A stretch of DNA of 64,000 nt from an uncultured Candidatus Saccharibacteria bacterium (GTDB lineage Bacteria; Patescibacteriota; Minisyncoccia; JAHISW01; Tagabacteraceae). The stretch covers positions 34,376-98,375 of the forward strand of contig CAZRMW010000001.1 of NCBI GenBank assembly GCA_964601305.1, in the 5' to 3' direction. This document shows, one piece after another, positions 1-9,211 of the stretch. The translations under genes and the position numbers were made by a program. The notes under the pieces were generated by a model, which was not told the DNA's origin, did not search any database, and was given only the letters and a program-made list of their open reading frames with translations. Position 1 is the first letter of the stretch, and the number at the start of each line of letters is the position of its first letter.

Positions 1-629
1 CCCTGCGTCAAGGGTTTTTCTTTTTTTCTAAACACTAAAAATTTAAAGCCTAAAAAGTTAAAAATTAAAGATATCGCCGTAGCACAAACTTTGGCAATAT
101 TAAGCCAGCGTTCTGGAGATAAATTAAATAGTGGATCTACACAAGTAGTAAGAAAAATTACTATCCCACTGTTTATAAAAATACCTATTATCACTACAAC
201 AACAAAAGTAAAAAAGTCGCTATAATCTACTTTTTGCCCAGGCTCTCTTTTGTGCGCAAACACCCAAAACTTATTCCAAAAATAACTATTAGTAGCAGCT
301 AGCGTAAATCCAGGAATATTTACTCCTCCAACCAAAACTCCTGTAGTAAGTCCGCTAAACATACTCAAAAGATTGAGCACTCCAAAATCTATAGATGTAT
401 TTAAAAAACCAACAACAACAAATTTAGCAAACTGATATATCACAGGTAGCCATTTACTAAGCACCTTCCCCAGCCATAAACCAAAAACCCACAAAACGGG
501 AATCACAAACGGAAGTCCGTATACAACAATCCCGTCTTCTATACTCATGTTTTTTAAAGATGGCAAAAGAAAAACGCCTGTTATAAAACCTGCAATTATT
601 GCCACCTTGTAGTCTTTTTTATTACTCAT
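1..629 (-). CDS. GtrA-family membrane protein (3' end runs off window)
   Basis: Manual translation from ATG 629: MSNKKDYK...QFAKFVVVGFLNTSIDFGVLNLL...NSYFWNKFWVF...FNFLGFKFLVF; not in ORF track because it has no stop in window. Confidence 0.8.
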   Translation of the reverse strand, partial: MSNKKDYKVAIIAGFITGVFLLPSLKNMSIEDGIVVYGLPFVIPVLWVFGLWLGKVLSKWLPVIYQFAKFVVVGFLNTSIDFGVLNLLSMFSGLTTGVLVGGVNIPGFTLAATNSYFWNKFWVFAHKREPGQKVDYSDFFTFVVVVIIGIFINSGIVIFLTTCVDPLFNLSPERWLNIAKVCATAISLIFNFLGFKFLVFRKKEKPLTQ

Positions 630-716
630 ACCACCTAAGTATAGCAAAATTTTTCAAAATTTAATATAATTATTAACAGATAAAAACAAAATGTTTTTTG
701 AAAAGGAGGTGCTTCC

Positions 717-1355
717 ATGTATTGGGGTCTATCGTTTAATGATATTGCAGTGTGTTGGGTTATACTTATTGCATTTGCATATACAACGTTCCTTCTCAGT
801 ATGTGGCAGATGAGGCAAGAAAGAGCTTCTTTTAAAAAAATAAAAAAGACAAGAAAAATTCCTTTGAAAGAAATTGAGAAACTTTTTACAGTGACAAGAA
901 AAGAAAAAAAAGACATAGAAAGTGTTGTGTGGGGTTGGGTAAATATTTTTAATCCTACACAAAAAGAGCTTGAAAAAATTATAAATTTTCTAAATATCCG
1001 CATTTACGATAATTATATAAAAGCTACCGAGGCAGACCAACTAGTTGATGATCAACTTAAAAAAGCTGCGACTGTGTTTAAGGAAAGATTAGATATTGCT
1101 GAAGAAAAGAAAAAAGATGCTCTGGAAAAAATAAAAGCTGACTATGAAGCTGCCATAAAAAAAGCTGGTGCAGACAGGGCGCTAGCTACAAAAAGAACCT
1201 TTAGAAACCGAGATTTAAGAATAGATCGAGCAAACGAATTTATAACCCGCACCAAAAAAGAAGTTCGTAATCTGCAGAAAAATACCCGTGCGCACACAAA
1301 ATCAAAAATCATTCTCAAAAAAGCAAAACAAATAATTCTTACAGAAACCTCCTAA
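717..1355 (+). CDS. Hypothetical protein, N-terminal TM helix and coiled coil
   Basis: 212-aa ORF, AAGGAGG SD upstream, ends at a bidirectional terminator. Confidence 0.7.
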   Translation: MYWGLSFNDIAVCWVILIAFAYTTFLLSMWQMRQERASFKKIKKTRKIPLKEIEKLFTVTRKEKKDIESVVWGWVNIFNPTQKELEKIINFLNIRIYDNYIKATEADQLVDDQLKKAATVFKERLDIAEEKKKDALEKIKADYEAAIKKAGADRALATKRTFRNRDLRIDRANEFITRTKKEVRNLQKNTRAHTKSKIILKKAKQIILTETS

Positions 1356-1362
1356 AAATACA

Positions 1363-1392
1363 AAAAGCCCTCGGTTTTACCGATGGGCTTTT
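1363..1392. terminator. Bidirectional intrinsic terminator
   Basis: aaaaagccctcggttttaccgatgggctttt between convergent genes. Confidence 0.7.
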
Positions 1393-1951
1393 ATTGTTTT
1401 GTCATTTTTGTTGAGTCCATATTTTCCAAAAGATGCCTTATTTCTTCAGGGCTATTTTTATCTACACCCACAATTCCTTTTTGTAAATTTATCTCGGCAT
1501 TTCTCCTCTCCATAGCTTTGTCTGCTATTTCTCTTTTTATAAAAACCGGGCACTCTTTTTTGGAATCTAAAGAAGTCTTCATAGCCAAAACAACGGCATC
1601 TCCAGCTTCTACCCCAAAAATCATCGTTTTTTTTCTAAAAAACAAGAAACGATTTTTTTGTTTAATATATACAAGCGCTCCTAGAGGACCTGATTCTTGA
1701 TTCATCTCTACAATTTCTATTTTTTCTATGCTCATATTTGTTTTCTTCAGAAAATTAAATAAAAATCGATGACAAAACGGAACCTCTGGAGGATCGTCAG
1801 ACATTTCGCTTGCTATAAAATCAAAAGCTTTATTTGAAATGGGTATGGCAAGCGACATACCCTCTGGTAAAATGTCTACAAAAAGTAAAACTATATTAAG
1901 TTCAGGAGGAACAACAAGTTTGTTTGCTTTCAAAAAATCTATTCCGTACAT
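1391..1951 (-). CDS. Divergent bifunctional nuclease (DUF151/BFN)-like protein
   Basis: LAIPIS...PFCHRFL...GDAVVLAM...PVFI follows the BFN pattern; ATG 1951 preceded by AAGGAGG. Confidence 0.55.
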   Translation of the reverse strand: MYGIDFLKANKLVVPPELNIVLLFVDILPEGMSLAIPISNKAFDFIASEMSDDPPEVPFCHRFLFNFLKKTNMSIEKIEIVEMNQESGPLGALVYIKQKNRFLFFRKKTMIFGVEAGDAVVLAMKTSLDSKKECPVFIKREIADKAMERRNAEINLQKGIVGVDKNSPEEIRHLLENMDSTKMTKQ

Positions 1952-2046
1952 TTTACCTCCTTTTTTCAAATTTACTCGCCTTAGGAGAGAATTTTGTATC
2001 TATTCCAACTCCAAATATTTTCTACACCAATATTTACGCAAATTTT

Positions 2047-2397
2047 TTATAAATCCAAAAGAGTTGGTGTTGGAAAGTTTATTACAAAATCTTCAAAGGG
2101 AAGTTCTACTCCCTCCAAAACTCCAACACGAGACTTTATACTAAAAGACCTTCTTACAGTCCCTTTTAATTTAACAACCACTACATCCCCTTCAGCAAGA
2201 CCGCCAAAAAGATCGTCGTTTCTGTCGGTTAAACATAAATATTTAGGAGAGTCAATTGCTCTCAGTAATATTTTACAAACCAAATGAAAACTTCCCGAAA
2301 CCTCTATTGGTCTCACAAAAATATTCACTACTCTCCATCGTCCCTTCAAAAACCTTACGAATTCTTCTTTATTTATTGTTCTTTCCTTGTTTCCCAT
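2047..2397 (-). CDS. Hypothetical protein
   Basis: 116-aa ORF with purine-rich SD and an upstream TTGACA promoter. Confidence 0.6.
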   Translation of the reverse strand: MGNKERTINKEEFVRFLKGRWRVVNIFVRPIEVSGSFHLVCKILLRAIDSPKYLCLTDRNDDLFGGLAEGDVVVVKLKGTVRRSFSIKSRVGVLEGVELPFEDFVINFPTPTLLDL

Positions 2398-2494
2398 GTA
2401 TCGTCTCCCTTCTGTTAGAAACAGATAAATTTCAAGCTTCAGGTTAATTTATTTCTCCTCACAAACTAACATTCACCTCTAGTTATGTCAACAA

Positions 2495-2536
2495 AACATA
2501 ATATATCTTCGGCTATAGCATTAAATATATTATGTT
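2495..2536. repeat. 42-bp GC-TATA-GC-centred hairpin element
   Basis: AACATAATATATCTTCGGCTATAGCATTAAATATATTATGTT; 34/42 identical to 42190-42231. Confidence 0.75.
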
Positions 2537-2649
2537 TTTAAATTTGCTTTGTTGAACTAGTTTTGCTATTCTTTTCTCTAGACTAAAGTAAATTTTAAAA
2601 ACAATTTAAAAGCCCTAACCCTTTCAGGTCAGGCAAGGAGGGTCTAAAA

Positions 2650-2973
2650 TTGGAAAATCTTTATACCACAAACCCTGGAGATCATTTAGTAATTAATGTA
2701 ATCAGTATTGGGACATTTATTGGAGAAGTTGTACAAACAAGTCCATTGATAGTAAAAGCTGAAGAAACAGGTCCTCTTTCAAATATGAGAAAAGGAGCAG
2801 AATTTAAAGTTCTTGCAAATCTTTCTTCTAAAATTCAAGACCCTGTTCAATCCAAAATACTTTTAGAAAAAGCAAAGAAAGATGGCAAACCCTATTATTC
2901 TAGTCTTTGGAGCCTCGGAGTTTTCACTGGTGTTTTTGAAGAAATACTGTTTATCCCGAAGTTTGAAAAATAA
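2650..2973 (+). CDS. Hypothetical protein
   Basis: 107-aa ORF, TTG start after AAGGAGG. Confidence 0.6.
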   Translation: MENLYTTNPGDHLVINVISIGTFIGEVVQTSPLIVKAEETGPLSNMRKGAEFKVLANLSSKIQDPVQSKILLEKAKKDGKPYYSSLWSLGVFTGVFEEILFIPKFEK

Positions 2974-2991
2974 AGTGCCCAAAAAATTTAC

Positions 2992-3025
2992 AACACTCCA
3001 ACATTCTCAAGAATGTTGGAGTGTT
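2992..3025. repeat. 34-bp palindrome, copy of the HTH-flanking palindrome; may also act as terminator
   Basis: AACACTCCAACATTCT-CA-AGAATGTTGGAGTGTT followed by a T-run. Confidence 0.8.
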
Positions 3026-3042
3026 TTTTTATGCAAAATAAG

Positions 3043-6000
3043 CTAAAACAACCCCTCCGGCGATGTGGTAGCTGTGTTTTCTATCCATTCAATAAGAGTT
3101 GCGGTGATAGCCGAAAGACCATCTCCAAGTACGCCGAGTAAATTGTTTTCAAAAGTAACATTACTTAAACTCGTCGTAGAATTTTCTACTACAACAGCTG
3201 CCTTCGTACCCCACGGCCCACTGTAGTTATGCTCTTCAAATCTCGCATTTTCTATACTCACATTTTCAGAATTTACAGCACGAATCCCATGAGGATAATT
3301 ATTTTTAAATAAAGCATTTGCTATCTGCGCTGTAGACCCTTCTAGCAAAATACCCGCTTTGTCTCTTCCTCCAGACATTACGCTCCCCGCATACTTCATA
3401 GTAAATCCACTTGCCACAAGAGATCCAGTTTCGGAAATATTTATCCCAGCAAACTGCCCAGCTTGAGGCATCGTAGATGTTTCATCGTTGTTAGAATCCC
3501 CACTTATCTCATCGTCATAAATACTTGTAAAAATTATGTCACTCGGATTCTGTCCATCTATTACAAAATTTCCGTTTACATTTAATGTTTTCTCTCCACC
3601 CTTTATTACCACTCCGTTTTCAATAGTTAATTGCGAAGATTCTACTACCGTCGGAGTCTCATATCCATTTAAATAATAAGGTATATCATTTGATTTTAAA
3701 GTTTTTGTTGAATTAGTATTAGTTAAATTTCCCCAAATATTAATGGAGTTGGGATTGTTATTTGACCCACTGTTTCCAGAAAAACTTCCCAGCTCTCCCG
3801 AGGAATAAATTGCACCTCCAGAATTAGAAGTAAAAGTATTGTTATTTGCGATTGTATTTGAATTGCTTAAATAAAGTCCTCTTAAATTTTCTAAAAAAGT
3901 ATTATTGTTTATTGTCGGCTCTCCATTTTCTGTGTATACACCATCAGCCTCATTGCCCTCAAAAACAGAGTTTGCAATTTGCGAATTAGAATTTTTTAAT
4001 CTCAAACCATAAACTTTTGAATATTTAAAACTGGAATTAGATACAGATATTTCTGGCCCCCAAGAGACAAGCAATGATTTATCAAAAGAGTTGTTATAAT
4101 ATTTTCCACCATAGCTAAAATTAGTATATTCAAAAATAGATCCATTTTCTGCATTTTCGTTTATGCAAATACCAAACCAATCTCCAGGATTAGGATTTTC
4201 TTGAGCACTCGTAAAAGCTATTGGCTCACTCTCTGTGCCTTGTGCCAAGATTTTTCCCAGAATATTAAACCCCGAATCTCCATTAAACTTAATTTCAACT
4301 CCAGGCTCTACGGTTAATAAAACTCCACTTTCAACAACTGCGTTTATATTGTCCACCAACACTGGATTGTTTAGTCTTCTTATTGTTAAATTTCTATCTA
4401 TATTTTTATTTATAGTTAGTATGCTATTTACACTATTTGCAAATTTCGGAGTACCTTTGTTTCCTAAAAAATCATTGTTTGTGTACCAGTTTTCTGTATC
4501 GTATCTTTCCATTGTATATTTATCTGTATCTCCTGCAGGCCACGCCCCCTCTGGTGTACTATCTATTGTTGTAGTAGCTGTCGAAGTAGCTTGCACCAAA
4601 ACTAATCTCTCTCCACTATTACTAAGCCCATTTCCAAAAGACCCTATATAATCTGCTTCCACATCTGGCACTGAGGTATCGTCCGTTCTTTCTATCAAAT
4701 AATACTCGCCCGACCCAAGAGTACCTGACAAATTTATATATGGTCCGTTGTCTGTTTCTGAAAAAAGTACCCAGCCATCCAAATCTATTCCGTTTTCTGT
4801 ATTATTAAAAAGTTCTATCCATTCATCGTAAGCCGAGTTGTCCGTACCCGCCCATGCGATTTCGTTTATTAAAATCGAATGCTCTGCAAAAACTTCTTCA
4901 GGTGTTTCAGGTGTCGTGCTTGCTGTTTCTGGTGTAGTCGTAGCAACTTCTGAAGTTGAATCTTCCTCTGGAAGTTCAACCTCGCTAATTGAGTCGTCTT
5001 CTATAACAGGCGCCTCCTGAGGATTGTTTGGGGAAGAAACACTTTTTGTTGCAACAACTATCGAGGTCGAACCTCTATAGCGAGGTTCAACCTCACTAAT
5101 TAAGTTGTTGTCTTTTGTGTCCGCCATTGTTTCCACAACTGCAAAAACAGCAGAAACCGCAGTATATTCTTTTTCCTGTTTTTGTGTAGCCCTTTGATTT
5201 GCTTGTTTTTCATCTTTTTCAAAGGTTGAATCTTTATCTTGAAAATTTAGCTTTGAAGTTGTACTTCCTTCAGGAAGTCCAACTTCGTTAATTAAATCAT
5301 TCGTTTGATCTTTTTTTTCTTTGTCAAAAACATCTTTAATTTTGTTGCCAACATTTTTTATTGCTCCCCAAAACCTTGAGCCACTACCCGGTAAAAAATC
5401 TTCTGCAATTGTTATGAGCGCTGTTTTAGGCACAGGCGGTTTTTCTAGTAACGATTCGTCGTTTCGAGCCTTCTCTACTTCTTGAAAGAATAAATTAATT
5501 GCCCCTGCCACGGATATGACTGCCTCACGAGATAAACGGTTCCAGTAGCCCTGGAGGATCGGTTTGTAATCTTCATTGTCGTCCTCCAACTCATACTCTG
5601 CCAACTTCTTTTCACCGTCTTTGTCCCATACCTCCTTTGTTCTTGCCAATTTAAAATAACTTCCATCTTTATCAACACCAAAGCCATATTCATCTCCATC
5701 TATTATTTCTGGCTTATTATACCTTTCATAGCCCTCGCCATTTGCAGTATCTTTACTTAAAAAATAATTATTAGAATAATTTGCTAAATAATCAAAATAT
5801 TCTTCTATGCTCTCAAGAGAAGCTGGCTCATAACTATTTAAGCTATCCGCAATTTTAAAATTTTCTATATTAAATTGTTTTGAAAAATTTTCAAGGGGGC
5901 TATCTCCAGGGTGTGGGTCATTTCTGGTGTGTTCTGGCACGGCCATATCTTCTAGTAAATGCAGAGTAAATCCAAGAGTATAAAACGCGTCTTTTTCATT

Positions 6001-6444
6001 TCCCTTTACGTACTCATAAATTGCTTTTTTCCATGCTTTGTTTCCTTTTGGCATATGAGTATTCATTTGTAGGCCTTGGCTTGTAGCCCACTGCTTTGCT
6101 GTGTTAAGTCCCCTATCCCCAAAAAGGCCTTCGTTGTAAACTGGATCATAAAAATGGTGCATCCATCTTGGTGGAGTGTCTTCGTCTATGGCCCCTTCTA
6201 TTATCCACTCTTTTTGTTTGTCTGTAATACTTCTCTCAAAATTAATATTATAAAAATTTATAGCTTCGTTTGTAAGTGCTGGATGAGTAGTTTTATCGTC
6301 CCAACTAAAAACAGTCTGAGCCCCAAAGCCCAAACTGCTTAAGTAAAACACAAATATTAAAATAAAATTTATTTTTCTGTTCATCCCACTAGAAATTTTC
6401 TTTTTCATGTTTTTAATTTTTTTATTTCTATTAGAGTAATTCAT
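3043..6444 (-). CDS. Large secreted protein: Zn-dependent phospholipase C/S1-P1-like domain, lamin tail domain, right-handed beta-helix
   Basis: Signal peptide then WDDKTTH...HHFYDP...LHLLEDMAVPEH; ILINEIAWAGT...DEWIELFN; PbH1-like repeats; true start may be a later Met. Confidence 0.75.
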   Translation of the reverse strand: MNYSNRNKKIKNMKKKISSGMNRKINFILIFVFYLSSLGFGAQTVFSWDDKTTHPALTNEAINFYNINFERSITDKQKEWIIEGAIDEDTPPRWMHHFYDPVYNEGLFGDRGLNTAKQWATSQGLQMNTHMPKGNKAWKKAIYEYVKGNEKDAFYTLGFTLHLLEDMAVPEHTRNDPHPGDSPLENFSKQFNIENFKIADSLNSYEPASLESIEEYFDYLANYSNNYFLSKDTANGEGYERYNKPEIIDGDEYGFGVDKDGSYFKLARTKEVWDKDGEKKLAEYELEDDNEDYKPILQGYWNRLSREAVISVAGAINLFFQEVEKARNDESLLEKPPVPKTALITIAEDFLPGSGSRFWGAIKNVGNKIKDVFDKEKKDQTNDLINEVGLPEGSTTSKLNFQDKDSTFEKDEKQANQRATQKQEKEYTAVSAVFAVVETMADTKDNNLISEVEPRYRGSTSIVVATKSVSSPNNPQEAPVIEDDSISEVELPEEDSTSEVATTTPETASTTPETPEEVFAEHSILINEIAWAGTDNSAYDEWIELFNNTENGIDLDGWVLFSETDNGPYINLSGTLGSGEYYLIERTDDTSVPDVEADYIGSFGNGLSNSGERLVLVQATSTATTTIDSTPEGAWPAGDTDKYTMERYDTENWYTNNDFLGNKGTPKFANSVNSILTINKNIDRNLTIRRLNNPVLVDNINAVVESGVLLTVEPGVEIKFNGDSGFNILGKILAQGTESEPIAFTSAQENPNPGDWFGICINENAENGSIFEYTNFSYGGKYYNNSFDKSLLVSWGPEISVSNSSFKYSKVYGLRLKNSNSQIANSVFEGNEADGVYTENGEPTINNNTFLENLRGLYLSNSNTIANNNTFTSNSGGAIYSSGELGSFSGNSGSNNNPNSINIWGNLTNTNSTKTLKSNDIPYYLNGYETPTVVESSQLTIENGVVIKGGEKTLNVNGNFVIDGQNPSDIIFTSIYDDEISGDSNNDETSTMPQAGQFAGINISETGSLVASGFTMKYAGSVMSGGRDKAGILLEGSTAQIANALFKNNYPHGIRAVNSENVSIENARFEEHNYSGPWGTKAAVVVENSTTSLSNVTFENNLLGVLGDGLSAITATLIEWIENTATTSPEGLF

Positions 6445-6468
6445 TTTTAATTTCTAACGGGACAGGTT

Positions 6469-6948
6469 TTAAATTTCTTCTATTTTCCAATTACCTGATG
6501 GGTAAAGAATAAAATCGACAGCGATCGGTTTATAAAATGAAAAATAGTCATCAATTACATTAGGTTCTTTGTTTGTTCTCAACACTTCATTCAATAACCC
6601 TAATAGATCAGGTAATTTTTTTGCTTTATTTAAATATTCCTTCCACTCCTCCTGCTTCTCAATTACAAAATACTTACTCGCCCGCTCAAAGTCCCCCTCC
6701 TCAACAGCGCTTATAAACATTTCCAAAGTTTCCTGTGGTGTTTTCCCTCCTATTTTATCTGCTTCCATTGCTTCCTGTTTTTCTTTTGCCTCCCTATCCA
6801 TTTGTTCTACAAAATCCTTCATATCCTTTCTCATTTTCCATACATCATACCTAACCAATCCAACTTCCAAAACAACAATCAAAGTCAAAATTATCGCAAT
6901 TGCCCAAAAAATTTTATGTGTTTTTGTTTTTATAAATATATCTTTCAT
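6469..6948 (-). CDS. Membrane-anchored hypothetical protein (possible NTF2-like fold)
   Basis: N-terminal TM, GGKTPQETLEMFISAVEEGDFERASKYF, ends WKIEEI. Confidence 0.7.
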   Translation of the reverse strand: MKDIFIKTKTHKIFWAIAIILTLIVVLEVGLVRYDVWKMRKDMKDFVEQMDREAKEKQEAMEADKIGGKTPQETLEMFISAVEEGDFERASKYFVIEKQEEWKEYLNKAKKLPDLLGLLNEVLRTNKEPNVIDDYFSFYKPIAVDFILYPSGNWKIEEI

Positions 6949-7070
6949 AAATCTTGTCCGCCTCCGGCGGATTAATTAATAAAAACCTAGCAAGTATTAA
7001 CACAGTATGTCAACACCCGTCACTAATAATTTTATATTTCAATGTTCTAACCATTCCTCACACCCCACAC

Positions 7071-7108
7071 AAAACATTCTAACATTCTATAGAATATTAG
7101 AATGTTTT
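7071..7108. repeat. 38-bp near-perfect palindrome overlapping the HTH stop codon
   Basis: AAAACATTCTAACATTCTA|TAGAATATTAGAATGTTTT. Confidence 0.75.
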
Positions 7109-7375
7109 TATAAACTTCACAAATTTTTTACCATAAGGAGAAAGAAAATGCTCCACAGACCTACCTTTGTATTTTTTGTTTACAAGTCCAGCGAGCGTCA
7201 AACGCCTAGAATGCTGAGAGGCTGTTTTCATATGGCAATTAAGTTCATCTGAAATTTGATCTACCGTGATCCCTTCATTTTTATGAACCAAAAGCAATAT
7301 ATCAATCCTCCAATGATTAGCAGCGCCTTTAAAATGTCTTTCTAGTTGTTTTGATGTTTTTACTCTATTTTTCAT
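7097..7375 (-). CDS. ArsR-like winged-helix DNA-binding protein
   Basis: FKGAANHWRIDILLL...ITVDQISDELNCHMKTASQHSRRLTLAGLV. Confidence 0.8.
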   Translation of the reverse strand: MKNRVKTSKQLERHFKGAANHWRIDILLLVHKNEGITVDQISDELNCHMKTASQHSRRLTLAGLVNKKYKGRSVEHFLSPYGKKFVKFIKTF

Positions 7376-7398
7376 GTTTTCATCCTACCACATCATAT

Positions 7399-7436
7399 AA
7401 AATACTCCAACATTCTATAGAATGTTGGAGTATTTT
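7399..7436. promoter_or_regulatory. Perfect 38-bp palindrome over the HTH promoter (candidate operator)
   Basis: AAAATACTCCAACATTCTA|TAGAATGTTGGAGTATTTT. Confidence 0.7.
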
Positions 7437-7500
7437 AATTTGTTTAATCTGCGAAAAACAAAAAGCCGGTGGTAAAACCACCGACCCTATAATATATTTT

Positions 7501-8148
7501 TTAAAGTAAATTTGCCTTTCTCATCCACCAAAATTTGTTTTTATTGAAGTTCTCTGCCTCAAGATTATAAAACCCCATAGCAACATCCATCTCGTCGTCT
7601 ATAACATCTTTCTGAAAAGAAGGTACCCGATCGGTATCTACAAGTTTTTTTAAACTCAAATATTCCCACTTGTTATGTTTGCATTGGTTTTTAGAATCTT
7701 TTAAATTTTCTATTCTTCCTTCTATTTTCCAAGAAAAAACTCCTAAAAACTCCCACCATTCTTTTTTATTTTTTACTATCAAGTAGCCACACCACACTCC
7801 TAAAAAGTTCCAAAAAACATCTGAAATACTCACCATATTGTCAATTGTAACCTCTTTCAGAAAAGAAGTTATTATCATAAGAACAACGCCCATCAAAACA
7901 GAGATTTTCAATCCATAGCTAAATCTTTTAAATAAAATAAAGAAAAAAGTTACTCCCAAAAAACAAGTCAAAAAATGGACTACAAAATTTAATGACTTTA
8001 ATAAGTATAAATCTTCTTTTGAAAAAGATATGTTTAAAATCCAGTCTTTAAAAACAAAAAAAGAAACAACGACTAAAAATACTCCACAAAAAAGAAAAAT
8101 TATTAACTCATTCAAACTTCTCTCGTTTTCTATTTCTTCCATTTTCAA
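7501..8148 (-). CDS. VanZ-like membrane protein
   Basis: Four hydrophobic segments, VHFLTCF and SISDVFWNFLG motifs. Confidence 0.55.
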   Translation of the reverse strand: MKMEEIENERSLNELIIFLFCGVFLVVVSFFVFKDWILNISFSKEDLYLLKSLNFVVHFLTCFLGVTFFFILFKRFSYGLKISVLMGVVLMIITSFLKEVTIDNMVSISDVFWNFLGVWCGYLIVKNKKEWWEFLGVFSWKIEGRIENLKDSKNQCKHNKWEYLSLKKLVDTDRVPSFQKDVIDDEMDVAMGFYNLEAENFNKNKFWWMRKANLL

Positions 8149-8160
8149 AGACCTTTTTTG

Positions 8161-8346
8161 TTATGGTGTTCCTGGGTGAGTTTTTTTAAATTCCAAATAT
8201 CCTTGAAAACCCAAATCTTCTATCATTCTTCTTCTTATTTTCCTTTTAGAATCCCAAACAAAATACCACATAACTAGACCGGCTCCTACCAAACAAAATA
8301 AAAATTCAAAAATTTGACCCAAAATACTTTCTGTTCCTGTGACCAT
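8161..8346 (-). CDS. Small single-TM hypothetical protein
   Basis: 61-aa ORF with AAGGAG SD. Confidence 0.55.
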   Translation of the reverse strand: MVTGTESILGQIFEFLFCLVGAGLVMWYFVWDSKRKIRRRMIEDLGFQGYLEFKKTHPGTP

Positions 8347-8431
8347 ATATTCTCCTTTTTTTTCAAGCTACTAGAATCTAAACAAAAAATAGCACACAAT
8401 ATGCTATTTGTCTACGAAAAAAATTTTACAT

Positions 8432-9184
8432 CTATTTCTCGTACTCTCTACGGGTATTCCACCAAGCACAGTGTTCGCAATCTTTTCCAGAAGCCGGCAT
8501 CTCGCCACTCTCCAAGCATTTTTTGATTTCAAAAAGTTTTGGCTCCACCCAAGAGTCGTTGCCCTCATAAGGAATAAGCACTACATCAAATTCTATTTTT
8601 TTATCAAAAGATTTTTCGTCAGCCCGGCCCGTGCAATATACAAAATAACTAGTATCTGAAACTTTTAGCCCATTTTGCCTAAGAAGCCATTGGTACACTT
8701 CCATTTGTTTTTTGTAGCCCTCGTGCCATTTACCAGCAAGCTCTTTTACAGGCTCCGCCTTCGCGGTTGCTTTGTAGTCTACTACTATATACTCCCCGTT
8801 TTCATTTATCCAAAGGTCGTCTATGGCCCCAGACACAGTAAGCCCCGTAGGTTCATGCTTATACTCTACCCCTTCAAAGTTTTCTCGCCATGTATTTATT
8901 TTTTCGTGCTGTGCTGGTTTTACCTTGAGCTCGTATTCTTTCTGAAGTGGGTGCTGTGTGTTTTCTGCTCTATGAATATCAAACTCTTGTTTAAGCTGAT
9001 AGTCCACTGCACTATTTAAAAGAAAGGCTGGCAACGGCACTCTTTTTGTGCCAAGTTTATTGTCTATATAGAAACAGCGTGGGCACCCACAAAACAAGTC
9101 GATTTTAGATCGACTAAGCCTCCACTTGTCTCCACCGTAATTCCACATGGCACTTCTTTTAGAGTTGTATCCGTAATTTGTCAT
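8432..9184 (-). CDS. PD-(D/E)XK nuclease, Cas4/AddB-like with Cys cluster
   Basis: LSRSKI..CPRCFY, GAIDD...VDYK, QMEVY, C-terminal CEHC. Confidence 0.85.
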   Translation of the reverse strand: MTNYGYNSKRSAMWNYGGDKWRLSRSKIDLFCGCPRCFYIDNKLGTKRVPLPAFLLNSAVDYQLKQEFDIHRAENTQHPLQKEYELKVKPAQHEKINTWRENFEGVEYKHEPTGLTVSGAIDDLWINENGEYIVVDYKATAKAEPVKELAGKWHEGYKKQMEVYQWLLRQNGLKVSDTSYFVYCTGRADEKSFDKKIEFDVVLIPYEGNDSWVEPKLFEIKKCLESGEMPASGKDCEHCAWWNTRREYEK

Positions 9185-9211
9185 GAAGGCATTATAGCAT
9201 AAAAAGTACTT

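Noticed and set aside
635-1003. Numerous short antisense ORFs such as this one
   Set aside because: They lie opposite better supported genes and show only shadow-strand composition
8432-9184. Cas4-like nuclease as part of a CRISPR system
   Set aside because: No regularly spaced repeat-spacer array or other cas genes in the window
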